Source of the DNA: Alphaproteobacteria bacterium
Lineage (GTDB): Bacteria; Pseudomonadota; Alphaproteobacteria; UBA828
Length of the DNA: 64,000 bases
Direction: 5' to 3'
NCBI GenBank assembly: GCA_965220745.1
Contig: CBDCQT010000010.1
Coordinates: 192,001 to 256,000, forward strand
The notes under the pieces are model-generated. The model saw only the letters and a program-made list of their open reading frames with translations, ran no database searches and was not told the origin of the DNA. The first letter of the stretch is position 1, and every line of letters starts with the position of its first letter. Positions 20,236 to 29,716 of this stretch are shown here, piece after piece. The position numbers and the translations under genes are program-made.

Positions 20236-21957
20236 ATGACCTTCGATTTGCTGATCCGCAACGGAACCCTGGTGGACGGCTCGGGCATGCCCCGCTACCG
20301 GGCAGATGTCGGGGTCAAGCAGGGCCGAATCGCGGAAATCGGCCGAATTTCCAGCCCCGCCGACGAGACGATCGACGCGGAGGGCATGATCGTCGCGCCC
20401 GGCTTCATCGACGGCCACACCCACATGGACGCGCAGGTGGCGTGGGACCCGGCGGGCACCTGCTCCTGCTGGCACGGCGTGACCAGCGTGGTCATGGGCA
20501 ATTGCGGGTTCGCGCTGGCGCCCTGCAAGCCAGAGGCGAGGGAGTGGTTCGCCGAATGCCTGGAGGCGGTCGAGGACATCCCCAAGGAAGCCATGGTGAG
20601 CGGGATCGACTGGCGCTGGGAGACCTTCCCCGAGTATCTCGCGGCGGTCGAATCGTTCCCGAAGGCCATCAACTACGCCGCCTACATCGGGCACTCGGCT
20701 CTGAGAATGTACGCGATGGGCGATCGCGCCCTGGACCAGGAAGCCGGGGAGGACGATCTCAAGCTCATGGCGGACCTGGTGCAGGAGGCGCTCCGCGCCG
20801 GCGCCATGGGGCTATCGTCGTCCAGGGCCACCACCCATATCCGCCCGGACGGCGGCCCGGTGGCAAGCCGCATCGGCAACTGGGCAGAAATTTCGCACCT
20901 GGTGCACGCGATGGCCGAGCTTAACGCCGGCATCTTCCAGGTCGGGCCGGATGTCTCCGGCGGCGAGGCGCAGCGCGCATGCCTGGACGAGCTGACCAAG
21001 ATTGCGGTCTCGAGCCGCCGGCCGCTGATGCTGGGAGTGCTCGCCACGCGCCAGGGCGACCGACCCAACCCGCTCGAGTTCCAGTTCGAGTGGATGGACG
21101 AGGTCGCGGCCCAAGGCGGGCGGGTGCTGGGGCAGGCCACCACGCGGTCGATCAACGCCATCTTCTCGCTCAAGTCCTACCTTCCGTTCGATGCCCTGCC
21201 GGTGTGGCGCGACATCCGCAGCCTCCCGGTGGCGGAGCAGCAGGCCCGCTTCCGCGAGCCGGATGTCCGCAGCCGTCTGGTCGCGGCCGAAGCGGGGATG
21301 CAACCCCGGAGTACCGAATTCCAAGGTGGCGGCGCTGCCACGACAAATCCGTACAAGCCGGACTACGCCAACCTGTTTCCGATGTTCGACGTGAATTGGG
21401 ATGACCCCAGCATCGAGATGCTCGCGCAATCCTCCGGGCGGCACCCTGTCGAGGTCATGCTCGACCTGATGGCGGAAAACGAGGACCTGGTCTTCGTCCA
21501 GCCACTGGTGAACGAGACACCAGACGAGGTTCGCCGGATGCTGAGGAACCCCCGCTCGCTCGCCACTTTTTCCGACTCCGGCGCGCACGTCTGCCAGGAG
21601 ATGGGCTCATCGCTGCAGACACACTTGCTGAGCTACTGGGTGCGGACCAAGCAGGCGTTCACCCTGGAAGAAGCGGTAAGGATGCTGACGTTCGACAATG
21701 CCTCCGCCTGGGGCATGCACGACCGGGGCCTGCTGCGCCCTGGCTTCACGGCTGACATCGTGGTCTTCGACGAAACCACGGTCCGGCCCCGCCTGCCCAC
21801 GGTTCAGCGCGACCTGCCCGGTGGCGCGCGCCGGCTGGTGCAGAAGGCCGACGGCTTCGCCGCCACGGTGGTGGGCGGCGTTGTCACGCTGAGGCATGGG
21901 GAACCCACCGGCGCGCATCCGGGCCAGCTCATCCGCGGCGGGGCCGCCGCCCACTAA
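20236..21957 (+). CDS. Amidohydrolase, N-acyl-D-amino-acid deacylase family (second paralog)
   Basis: APGFIDGHTHMDAQ, VMGNCGFALAP, SDSGAH and DLPGGARRL motifs. Confidence 0.92.
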   Translation: MTFDLLIRNGTLVDGSGMPRYRADVGVKQGRIAEIGRISSPADETIDAEGMIVAPGFIDGHTHMDAQVAWDPAGTCSCWHGVTSVVMGNCGFALAPCKPEAREWFAECLEAVEDIPKEAMVSGIDWRWETFPEYLAAVESFPKAINYAAYIGHSALRMYAMGDRALDQEAGEDDLKLMADLVQEALRAGAMGLSSSRATTHIRPDGGPVASRIGNWAEISHLVHAMAELNAGIFQVGPDVSGGEAQRACLDELTKIAVSSRRPLMLGVLATRQGDRPNPLEFQFEWMDEVAAQGGRVLGQATTRSINAIFSLKSYLPFDALPVWRDIRSLPVAEQQARFREPDVRSRLVAAEAGMQPRSTEFQGGGAATTNPYKPDYANLFPMFDVNWDDPSIEMLAQSSGRHPVEVMLDLMAENEDLVFVQPLVNETPDEVRRMLRNPRSLATFSDSGAHVCQEMGSSLQTHLLSYWVRTKQAFTLEEAVRMLTFDNASAWGMHDRGLLRPGFTADIVVFDETTVRPRLPTVQRDLPGGARRLVQKADGFAATVVGGVVTLRHGEPTGAHPGQLIRGGAAAH

Positions 21958-21985
21958 CCCACAGTTTTCACCAGGGTCGCAGCCT
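21955..21985 (+). repeat. Isolated degenerate MITE terminal repeat
   Basis: TAACCCACAGTTTTCACCAGGGTCGCAGCCT closely matches the MITE ends at 27690, 29482 and 50349; it fills the gap between two convergent stop codons. Confidence 0.65.
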
Positions 21986-22781
21986 ATCTGCCCTTGAAGT
22001 CGGCCGGACGCTTCTCGCGGAAGGCATCGGTGCCCTCCTTGAGGTCTTGAGTCTGGCCGAGATCGTAGAACGAGCGCGATTCGAGGCGCAGCGCGTCCGC
22101 CAACGGCATATCAAAGGCGCGCATCATCACGTCCTTGGCAAAGCGCTGGGCGAGCGGAGCGCGGCTCGCCAGGAGCTGAGCGAACTCCATGGTCTCGGCC
22201 ACGAGGTCGGCGCCCGGCACGACGCGGTTGACGAGGCCGATGCGGAGCGCGTGCTCGGCATTGACGCGCCTCCCTGAGAGGATGATCTCCATGGCGTTGC
22301 CGAGGCCCACGATCTGCGGCAGCCGCACGCAGCCGCCGTCGCAGGGATGGAAGCCCCAGTTCACGTCCTGGTGGGCAAACTCGGCGTTGGGCGAGCAGAA
22401 GCGGATATCGCAGGCTTCGGCGAGCTCGAGCCCGCCTGAGATCGCGTAACCGTTGACCGCCGCGATGATCGGCTTGTCGATCTCGAGCCCGCGCGTGATG
22501 CCGCCGAAGCCGGGGCCGTCGGTAAAGCGGGTACGAAACTCGGGCGCCGGGCGACCCGCATAATTCATCGTGTAGGTCTTGAGGTCGGCGCCGGCGCAGA
22601 AGGCTTTGTCGCCCGCGCCGGTGATGACCGCGACCCGCGCCTCGTCATCGGCGGCGAACGCGCGCCAGCGCTCGATCAGCCGGTCGTTGGCCGCGAAATC
22701 GAGGGAATTCATCTTCTCGGCGCGGTCGATGGTGATCAGGCGCACGTGGCCGTGTGCCTCGTAGAGGATGTCGTTGGTCAT
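21984..22781 (-). CDS. Enoyl-CoA hydratase/isomerase family protein
   Basis: AFCAGADL, KPIIAAVNGYAISGGLE and AFREKR motifs. Confidence 0.93.
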   Translation of the reverse strand: MTNDILYEAHGHVRLITIDRAEKMNSLDFAANDRLIERWRAFAADDEARVAVITGAGDKAFCAGADLKTYTMNYAGRPAPEFRTRFTDGPGFGGITRGLEIDKPIIAAVNGYAISGGLELAEACDIRFCSPNAEFAHQDVNWGFHPCDGGCVRLPQIVGLGNAMEIILSGRRVNAEHALRIGLVNRVVPGADLVAETMEFAQLLASRAPLAQRFAKDVMMRAFDMPLADALRLESRSFYDLGQTQDLKEGTDAFREKRPADFKGR

Positions 22782-22807
22782 GGGTTGATTCTTCGGTTCT
22801 TGCTCCG

Positions 22808-23563
22808 CTACCAGGCGGCCCAGCCATTGTCCACCAGCAGGTCCGCGCCATGGACCGAGTCCGAATCGGCAGACGCGAGAAAGACGGCGGCGCCGGTGAG
22901 CTGCTCCGGGTCCATGTGGCCGATGCCGGCAGGCGTCAACTCTGCCTGCCGTGCGTCATAGTCCGCGTCCGCGCGGAGCGCGGCATTCATGTCGGTGACG
23001 ATGTTGCCCGGCGAAAGCGCGTTCACGTTGATGCCGTCGCCCGCGAGCTCCAGGCAGAGTGCCTTGGTCATGTTGGTGAGACCGCCCTTGGACGCGCAAT
23101 AGGCGGCCGACTGCGGGAAGCCGCCGCAGCCGGCGATGGAAGAGATGTTGATGATCTTGCCGGCGCCCTTGGCCTTCATCGTGGGCACGACCGCCTTGGT
23201 CATGAAGAAGGCACCCTTGAGGTTGAGCGCCTGCTGGGCATCCCAGTTCTCCTCCGTGACCTCTTCGATCGGCATCGGCGTGAAGATGCCGGCGTTGTTG
23301 ACCAGTATGTCCACCGTGCCGAAGGCGTCGATCACCTCCCCCGCCAATCGCTCGCAGTCGGCGACCACGCCGACATCAGCCATGAACGCCTGGGCCTTGC
23401 CGCCGGCGGCCTCGATCTCGGCGACCACCGCCTCGGCGCGCTCGCGCCTGGTGTTTCCGACCACGGCGACGGCGGCACCCTCCCGCCCGTAGCGGCGCGC
23501 GATACAGGCGCCGATCCCACGCGATGAGCCGGTGACGATCGCCGCCTTGCCTTCAAGTTTCAT
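22808..23563 (-). CDS. SDR family oxidoreductase
   Basis: TGSSRGIG, NNAG and YCASK motifs. Confidence 0.94.
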   Translation of the reverse strand: MKLEGKAAIVTGSSRGIGACIARRYGREGAAVAVVGNTRRERAEAVVAEIEAAGGKAQAFMADVGVVADCERLAGEVIDAFGTVDILVNNAGIFTPMPIEEVTEENWDAQQALNLKGAFFMTKAVVPTMKAKGAGKIINISSIAGCGGFPQSAAYCASKGGLTNMTKALCLELAGDGINVNALSPGNIVTDMNAALRADADYDARQAELTPAGIGHMDPEQLTGAAVFLASADSDSVHGADLLVDNGWAAW

Positions 23564-23769
23564 GGTGACCCCTCCCCCGCGTTCGGCGCTGATCTTAACC
23601 TGCCTTTCCCACCAAGGTCATGGTATGCGCAGCGCTCTCCGGGGACATGTGCAGGGTCTGCGACTGGCACACGCGCGACGAACGGAACAAGTTCATCTGG
23701 CAAGTCTCCGGCCGGGATGTGAACATGTATCTGGATCGCTTGCCCCAGCGGGGTGCAGGAGAAGCGCGG

Positions 23770-24639
23770 ATGGCATTCGAGCTCACGCCCGCACAGATTG
23801 ACCGATTCACCGAAGACGGCTTTCTGGTCGTCGACAAGCTGATCGATGACGAGACGGTCGAGGCGGTGAGCGAGCGCTACGAAAAGCTCTTTCGCGGCGA
23901 ATTCGAAACCGGAGTCCTGCCGGACGAAGTCAACTGGCAGGAGGGTGAGAGCGATCCTTCCCTGACCCGGCAAATCTGCAACGCATGGAAGGCGGATCGG
24001 ACGATCGCGTCGGTGGTCATGAGGGCCGACCTGGGCAAGGCGATCGCCACACTCGGCGGCTGGCCGGGCGCGCGCTTGATGGTCGATAACGTGCTGTGGA
24101 AGCCGCCCGGCACACGGCCGCTGGCTCTTCACCAGGACAACGCCTATCTGCATTGGTTTCAGCCGACGGAGTTGCTGAGCTGCTGGATGGCGCTCGACGA
24201 CACCAGGGCCGATGCAGGGACGCTCGAGTTCGTGCGCGGATCGCACCGGTGGCACCACTCACTCCCCGAAGGCGAGTTCCACGGCCCCAAGGACTACCGC
24301 AAGTACATGGAGAAGGCGGCTGCCAAGGAGGATGTCGAGCCGGAAATCGTCCACGTGGAGGTGCCCAAGGGCGGCGGCTCCTTCCATCACGGCTGGACCT
24401 GGCACGGCTCCGGCGACAACGCCGCGACGGTCCCCCGCCGCTCTCTCGTGCTGCACGCTATGCGAAGCGACACGCGCTACGTCCCTGAGTGCTTGGGCCA
24501 AGGTGTCGGCTCCATCTACAGCCGCTACAAGCGGCTCGGCGACAACACCATCGACGAGAACTACTTTCCGGTTCTGTGGACCTGCGACGGCTATCGAACC
24601 CCCGATATCGACACGTTCCTGAATGGCGCGGGCACCTGA
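23770..24639 (+). CDS. Phytanoyl-CoA dioxygenase (PhyH) family 2OG-Fe(II) oxygenase
   Basis: HQD...WMALDD...GSH...HGWTWHGS; start taken at MAFELT after RBS GGAG. Confidence 0.9.
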   Translation: MAFELTPAQIDRFTEDGFLVVDKLIDDETVEAVSERYEKLFRGEFETGVLPDEVNWQEGESDPSLTRQICNAWKADRTIASVVMRADLGKAIATLGGWPGARLMVDNVLWKPPGTRPLALHQDNAYLHWFQPTELLSCWMALDDTRADAGTLEFVRGSHRWHHSLPEGEFHGPKDYRKYMEKAAAKEDVEPEIVHVEVPKGGGSFHHGWTWHGSGDNAATVPRRSLVLHAMRSDTRYVPECLGQGVGSIYSRYKRLGDNTIDENYFPVLWTCDGYRTPDIDTFLNGAGT

Positions 24640-24754
24640 TCCTGCACCGGCCAAGGGCCCGGAGCGTCTTGGCTTGTGTGGCGACGGTTGATGCGCGACA
24701 ACCGTCCGACCCGGCTATCTTGAATGACCTCAACACGGGCTGGAGAAGAGAGAC

Positions 24755-25060
24755 ATGTCAGCAGCGGACAAGTTGGGTGGGTATGCCGGCGGTTTCAGTG
24801 GTTTGAACGCTGAAGAAATCGCCGCAAACGTGACGGACGACTACAAGCTTTTGGACAAGGACGGAGCTGTCTACAGAAAGAGCGACCTGTCGGGCTACAT
24901 CGCCGAGCTGAGAAAGATCGGCGACAGGATGGACATCACCGATGTCGTGGTCGAGGGCGGCACCGCATGGTGCAAGTGGCAGGTCGGAGACATCGTGGGC
25001 GCCGGCTTGATCAGTTTCGGAGACGAGGGCGTCACGCAGGAGCAGCTGTTCTACTTCTGA
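24755..25060 (+). CDS. Small NTF2/SnoaL-like protein
   Basis: RBS present; alpha+beta pattern (VTDDY...VVVEGGTAWCKW...ISFGDEGV). Confidence 0.55.
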   Translation: MSAADKLGGYAGGFSGLNAEEIAANVTDDYKLLDKDGAVYRKSDLSGYIAELRKIGDRMDITDVVVEGGTAWCKWQVGDIVGAGLISFGDEGVTQEQLFYF

Positions 25061-25103
25061 CGCGTAACGGCCCCGCTCCGCGCGACCGGTGCCCTACCGA
25101 CCG

Positions 25104-25532
25104 TTAGCGGTGAACGTCCTCGGTCTCGCCGAGCGCGCGAAATCCACCGCGGATGAACACCGCAAGCGTCCCACCGTCTTCCGAGACCGAGACATGCTTC
25201 GAGCCCGGCTTCAGTGAGACGAAATCGTTGCGGCGGTAGACCGTGCCGTCACAATCGGTCAGCGTCCCGTCGAGGACCAGAAACTCCTCGTATCCGATGT
25301 GCTCGTGAGGCGTCGAACCGGCCCCTGGCGCAAATCGAATCAGATAGCAGCCTTCGCCCGCTTCCGCGTCGTAGCTGATGTTGCAGTAGCTGACGCCGCC
25401 ACGCGCCGGATGATCGGAACGGTCCACGCGCTTCATGCGATGGGGCGGCTCCGCTCCGAAGGTCGCGGTCTCGACGTTCACGACTGTGCGATAGCTTGCA
25501 AGGGATGTACTCATCTTGGCCGTCATCTGCAC
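25104..25532 (-). CDS. Cupin-domain protein (ChrR-like)
   Basis: FAPGAGSTPHEHIGYEEFLVLDG...PGSKH; start may be the ATG at 25514. Confidence 0.85.
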   Translation of the reverse strand: MQMTAKMSTSLASYRTVVNVETATFGAEPPHRMKRVDRSDHPARGGVSYCNISYDAEAGEGCYLIRFAPGAGSTPHEHIGYEEFLVLDGTLTDCDGTVYRRNDFVSLKPGSKHVSVSEDGGTLAVFIRGGFRALGETEDVHR

Positions 25533-25947
25533 GGTTAAGGCTCAGCCATCGACCGGCTCGTCGATCGCCGCGAGCAACTTACGCCAGCGCCGGACGAGGC
25601 GACAAGGCTCCGCGCGCACGTCGCTCAGTTCACACAAAGACAACACCCTCGTGCGGGCTCCGACGGTCGCGCCTGCGACATCCTCGGCATCGCGACTGTC
25701 GCGTGTTGCGATTGCCGCTGCCTCCACGTCTGGCACAGCCGTCGCGTTGCGACAGCGCGAGGGGCAGCACTAGAATGACGGGACCCGAACGCCCCTTGCG
25801 ACCGGCTGGCCACCGCTGAACTTTGATTCGCGATCGACTGGGGGACGGCGAGACGGAGCGAGTGTCATTGCGACCCAGTACGATCGCGGCGTACCGCAAC
25901 CTCTCTGCACAGTGGCGTTATTGGCCTAGAGCCGGGGGCATCGTCTC

Positions 25948-26865
25948 TTGAGCACGCACGGGATGGTCCATACCGGATCCACGCGAACCTTCATGTGGTT
26001 CTGCATGGGTCCGGTGCTCCTGTTGCTGATCATCGTGGCCGTCGCCCCGGTCACGCTCGCCCTTATCGACAGCTTCCGCGATCTGTCGCTGGCTATGCCG
26101 AGCAAGCGCGGGCAGTTCGTGGCGCTCGACAACTACCGCGACCTGCTCGGCTCCGACGGCAACTTCTACCGATCGCTGGCCCATACGGCGATCTTCATGA
26201 TGATCGCCGTCCCGATCGAGCTGGCGCTCGGGCTTCTCATCGCCCTCTGGATCAACCGGGAGTTCGCAGGCCGCAGGCTCGTTCTCACCATCCTCATGAT
26301 CCCGACGATGATCGCGCCCGTCGTCGTCGGCATGATCTGGCGCTTCTTCCTGATGCCGAGTTTTGGGGTGCTGACGGTCTATATGAACCGCCTGGGGTTG
26401 TTCGAGGAGACCAGCGTCTTTTCCGGGGCGATCACCGCTTTCGGCGCCCTGATCATCATCGACATCTGGGAATGGACACCCTTCATCATGCTGATCATGC
26501 TGGCGGGGCTCAGCGCGCTGCCGCAGGCACCCATTGAAGCGGCGACGATCGACGGCGCCTCTCGCTGGCAGATTTTTCGGCATATCCAGCTGCCCATGCT
26601 CTTTCCGCTCATCGTCGTCGCGGTCATGCTCCGTGGCATCGATGCCAGCAAGGTGTTCGACACCATCTACGTGCTCACGGGCGGCGGGCCAGGCAACGCG
26701 ACCGAGGTCATCTCGACCTTTGCGTACCGAACCAACTTCATCCGCTGGGACCTGGGTTACGGTGCCGCCGTCTGCCTTGTCCTCGCGTTCGCCTCTCTGG
26801 TGGTGGCCGCGCTCTTCTTCAAGACCGTGAGCGGCAAGCCCAAGCCCGTGGAAGAGACCTCATGA
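25948..26865 (+). CDS. Carbohydrate ABC transporter permease
   Basis: DIWEWTPF, EAATIDGA (EAA loop) and LTGGGPG motifs. Confidence 0.92.
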   Translation: MSTHGMVHTGSTRTFMWFCMGPVLLLLIIVAVAPVTLALIDSFRDLSLAMPSKRGQFVALDNYRDLLGSDGNFYRSLAHTAIFMMIAVPIELALGLLIALWINREFAGRRLVLTILMIPTMIAPVVVGMIWRFFLMPSFGVLTVYMNRLGLFEETSVFSGAITAFGALIIIDIWEWTPFIMLIMLAGLSALPQAPIEAATIDGASRWQIFRHIQLPMLFPLIVVAVMLRGIDASKVFDTIYVLTGGGPGNATEVISTFAYRTNFIRWDLGYGAAVCLVLAFASLVVAALFFKTVSGKPKPVEETS

Positions 26866-27692
26866 CCGGGCGCAGCCTCTTCGCGCGCAAGCTGGTTACG
26901 TTCGTGGTGCCTCTTCTCGTGCTCCTGGGGGTGGCGCTGATCCCCTACATCTGGATCCTGCTCGCCAGCTTCAAGACGCGCGGCGAGCTGATCTCGCCCG
27001 ATCCGAAGTGGGTCTTCAACCCCACCTCGATCAACTACACGGACATCATCTACAAGGGCTTCGACGGCTATCTGCTCAACTCCGTGATCATCGGCTTTTC
27101 GAGCACGGCGCTTTGCGTCTTCGTCGGAACGCTCGCGGCCTATGGCTTTTCCCGCTTCAAGATCCCGGCCGGCAATCACCTCTTTTTCTACATCCTGGCG
27201 ACCCGGCTCGGCCCGCCGGTGGCCTATGCGCTGCCGATGTATCTGATCTTCAGGGATCTTGGCCTGGTCAACACCTACGCCGGCGTCATCCTGGCGCACA
27301 CCACGTTCAATCTCGTCCTGGTGGTCTGGATGATGCGGTCGTTCTTCGACGACGTGCCGCGCGAGATCGAGGAGGCGGCCTATCTCGACGGCTGCGGGCA
27401 CTTCCGGGTGTTCCTGCAGATCACCCTGCCGATGACCTACCCCGGCCTCGCCGCCGTCTCGATCTTCGTCCTGATATTCTCGTGGAACGAGCTGCTCTTC
27501 GCCCTGATCCTCACCGGCGGCGACACGCGCCCGCTGACGGTGATGATCCCGTCACTGGTCCTGCACACGGGAACGCAGTGGGGCCAGGTCGCCTCCGCCT
27601 CGATCATCCAGAGCATTCCCGTGCTCGTCTTCATCTTCTTCATCCAGAAGAAGCTGGTTCAGGGCCTGACCTTCGGCGCTGTCAAGGGTTAA
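26862..27692 (+). CDS. Carbohydrate ABC transporter permease
   Basis: EEAAYLDG, WNE and GLTFGAVKG motifs; its TAA stop overlaps the MITE end. Confidence 0.93.
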   Translation: MTGRSLFARKLVTFVVPLLVLLGVALIPYIWILLASFKTRGELISPDPKWVFNPTSINYTDIIYKGFDGYLLNSVIIGFSSTALCVFVGTLAAYGFSRFKIPAGNHLFFYILATRLGPPVAYALPMYLIFRDLGLVNTYAGVILAHTTFNLVLVVWMMRSFFDDVPREIEEAAYLDGCGHFRVFLQITLPMTYPGLAAVSIFVLIFSWNELLFALILTGGDTRPLTVMIPSLVLHTGTQWGQVASASIIQSIPVLVFIFFIQKKLVQGLTFGAVKG

Positions 27693-27919
27693 CCCGCACT
27701 TCTCACCAGGGTCATGGTCTGCGCGACGCTGTCCGACCGACAGAGTAGGAACGGCGCGCAGCGCGTCGCGCGGATACGCGCGCCTTCGGCGCGACGTGGT
27801 GCATCGGGCAAGACCGTATGTCCTTCTGGTCCGGCTGGTGCGGGGGCGGTTCGCCCTACACTGGCTGATCTCAACGAGGGTTGCTCAGTGAGCAGGGCCT
27901 CAAGCCAGGAGGGCGAACC

Positions 27920-29024
27920 ATGGTCGACTATAGCGAGGTTTTCATCGGATTGGACGTGTCGAAGGACAGCCACGCCGTTGCGGTGGCGGAAGGCGGACGC
28001 GATGGTGAGGTCAGGTATTTTGGCGAGATCGCCTCGGATGCGGCTGCCGTCCGTCGTTTCGTGCACAAGCTTGAGCGGCCGGGCGCGCGGCTTCGCTTCT
28101 GCTACGAGGCCGGCCCGACGGGCTACGGGCTGAAGCGTCTGATCGAGGGGCTCGGTCACGACTGCGCCGTCATTGCACCGTCCCTGATCCCGCGCCGGCC
28201 CGGCGAGCGGGTGAAGACCAACCGCCGTGAAGCTGGTGCGCCTGTTCCGGGCCGGCGAGCTGACCGAGATCTGGACACCGGACGAGGCCCATGAAGCGAT
28301 GCGCGATCTCGTGCGCGCCCGCGAGGCGGCGGTGAGAGACCGCACCCGCAAGCGCCAGGAGATCCGCTCCTTCCTGCTGCGTCATGGCAGGGTCTACGCC
28401 GGCAAGAAGGCGTGGGGGCCCAGGCACATGGCCTGGCTCCACGAGCTCAGCTTCGACTGGCCCGCCCAGAAGGTCGTGCTGCACGAGATGATCGCGGCCG
28501 AGAGCCGGTGTCGCGAGCGCGTGGCGCGGCTGGAAGGAGCGATCGAGGACGCCCTGCTCGACTGGCCGCTGGCTCAAGCGGTGGACCGCCTTCAGGCGCT
28601 GCGCGGCGTCGGCCTGGTCACGGCGGTCACCTTCATGGTGGAGGTCGGCGACATCCGTCGCTTCGAGCATCCCCGGCGGCTGATGGCTTATCTCGGCCTG
28701 GTGCCCTGTGAGCGCTCGACGGACGAGAGCGTTTGGCGCGGCGGCATCACCAGGGCCGGCAACGCACGAGTGCGCCACGTGTTGGCGGAGAGCGCGTGGG
28801 CCTACCGCCATCCTGCGGCGGTGGGGAGGAAGAAGTACTTTGCGACGAGACATCTGCCGGAGGACGTCCAGGAGGTGGCATGGAAGGCGCAGGCGCGCCT
28901 GACCAGGCGCTACCGCGCGCTGACGGCACGAGGGAAGCGCAGCACGGTCGCGGTCACCGCCGTGGCCCGTGAGTTGGTCGGCTTCATGTGGGCGATTGCC
29001 CGCATGAAGCCTGCGGCGCTCTGA
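27920..29024 (+). pseudogene. IS110 transposase (DEDD recombinase), frameshifted near 28223-28230
   Basis: GLDVSKD, CYEAGPTGYGL and RVKTNRR in one frame; KLVRLFRAGEL, AYLGLVP, GGITRAGN and AVARELVGFMW in another. Confidence 0.9.
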
Positions 29025-29293
29025 TCCGCGAGAAGCGGACCGCCCACATCGCGCATAGCGGCAGGGGCGCGGCCACGACAGGGGAACTCCCGACGGCGCT
29101 TTGTGGCCGGCATCGCCGACGCCCGATGCGAGAGAGGACCAGCCCCGGACGCAGACACGGACATGCGGTCTCGACCCGCGCATCAGAGCTTGTTCACCAA
29201 CGTCCCGGGCCGCGTTCCCACCGCTATGCGTGCGACTTGCGAAACCCAGGCGCCGCTTGGCGCCTCATAGGTCCGTTCGAACTCTTGCTTGAC
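29025..29293 (+). ncRNA. Putative bridge/seek RNA in the IS1111 3' non-coding region
   Basis: Contains GGACATGCGGTCT (29159-29171), complementary to the element left end, and CATCAGA (29181-29187), identical to the element right end; RNA boundaries not determined. Confidence 0.62.
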
Positions 29294-29480
29294 GAAGGAC
29301 ATCAGAGCGGCGTGACGCCCGCTGTCGGCCGGAGAGCGCCGCCCTTCGGGTCGCGCCCAGGCGCCCGCCCGCGGCGTCGCGGGCCTCAACCGTATTCCCC
29401 GAATACGCCTTTCGGCCCGCTCCTAGCGGATCGAACGCCTGGGTGCGACACAGGCCGCGACCGTGGTGAGAAATGCGGGT

Positions 29481-29688
29481 TAATCCAACTCCGGGCATTG
29501 GTATTGAAGTACCGCGCGAGCCGCAGCGCGGTCTCGGCCGTGATGCCGCGGCGGCCGCGCACGATTTCGTTGATCCGCGCAGGCGTCACGCCGATGGCCT
29601 TCGCGAGCGCTGTGGCCGAGAGACCGAATGGCTCCATGAAGTCGTGCTTCAACACCTCGCCCGGGTGAACCGGCTCCAATCGGGTCAT
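29481..29688 (-). pseudogene. higA: HigA-family antitoxin, 3'-truncated by the MITE
   Basis: PVHPGEVL...LAKAIGVTPARINEIVRGRRGITAETALRLARYF...WI, then reads into MITE sequence; no higB upstream. Confidence 0.85.
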
Positions 29689-29716
29689 GATAGCCGCCTT
29701 CGTCCCCAATCGCGGC

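Larger units (their letters stand above)
27811..29306 (+). mobile_element. IS110-family element, IS1111 type
   Basis: Sub-terminal inverted repeats ATGTCCTTC (27818-27826) and GAAGGACAT (29294-29302); AGA core at both junctions; long 3' non-coding region; TTGAC just inside the right end. Confidence 0.85.
27692..29480. mobile_element. MITE (~296 bp when empty) with 22-bp TIRs flanked by TA, interrupted by an IS110-family element
   Basis: Left end ACCCGCACTTCTCACCAGGGTC versus right end (reverse complement) ACCCGCATTTCTCACCACGGTC, 20/22 identical; TA at 27690-27691 and 29481-29482; GC-rich internal palindromes. Confidence 0.8.

Noticed and set aside
29121-29129. GCCCGATGC as a target guide (complement of the left flank GCATCGGGC)
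   Set aside because: It can pair locally with GCATCG at 29110-29115, and its orientation does not fit the pattern of the other guides; left unassigned
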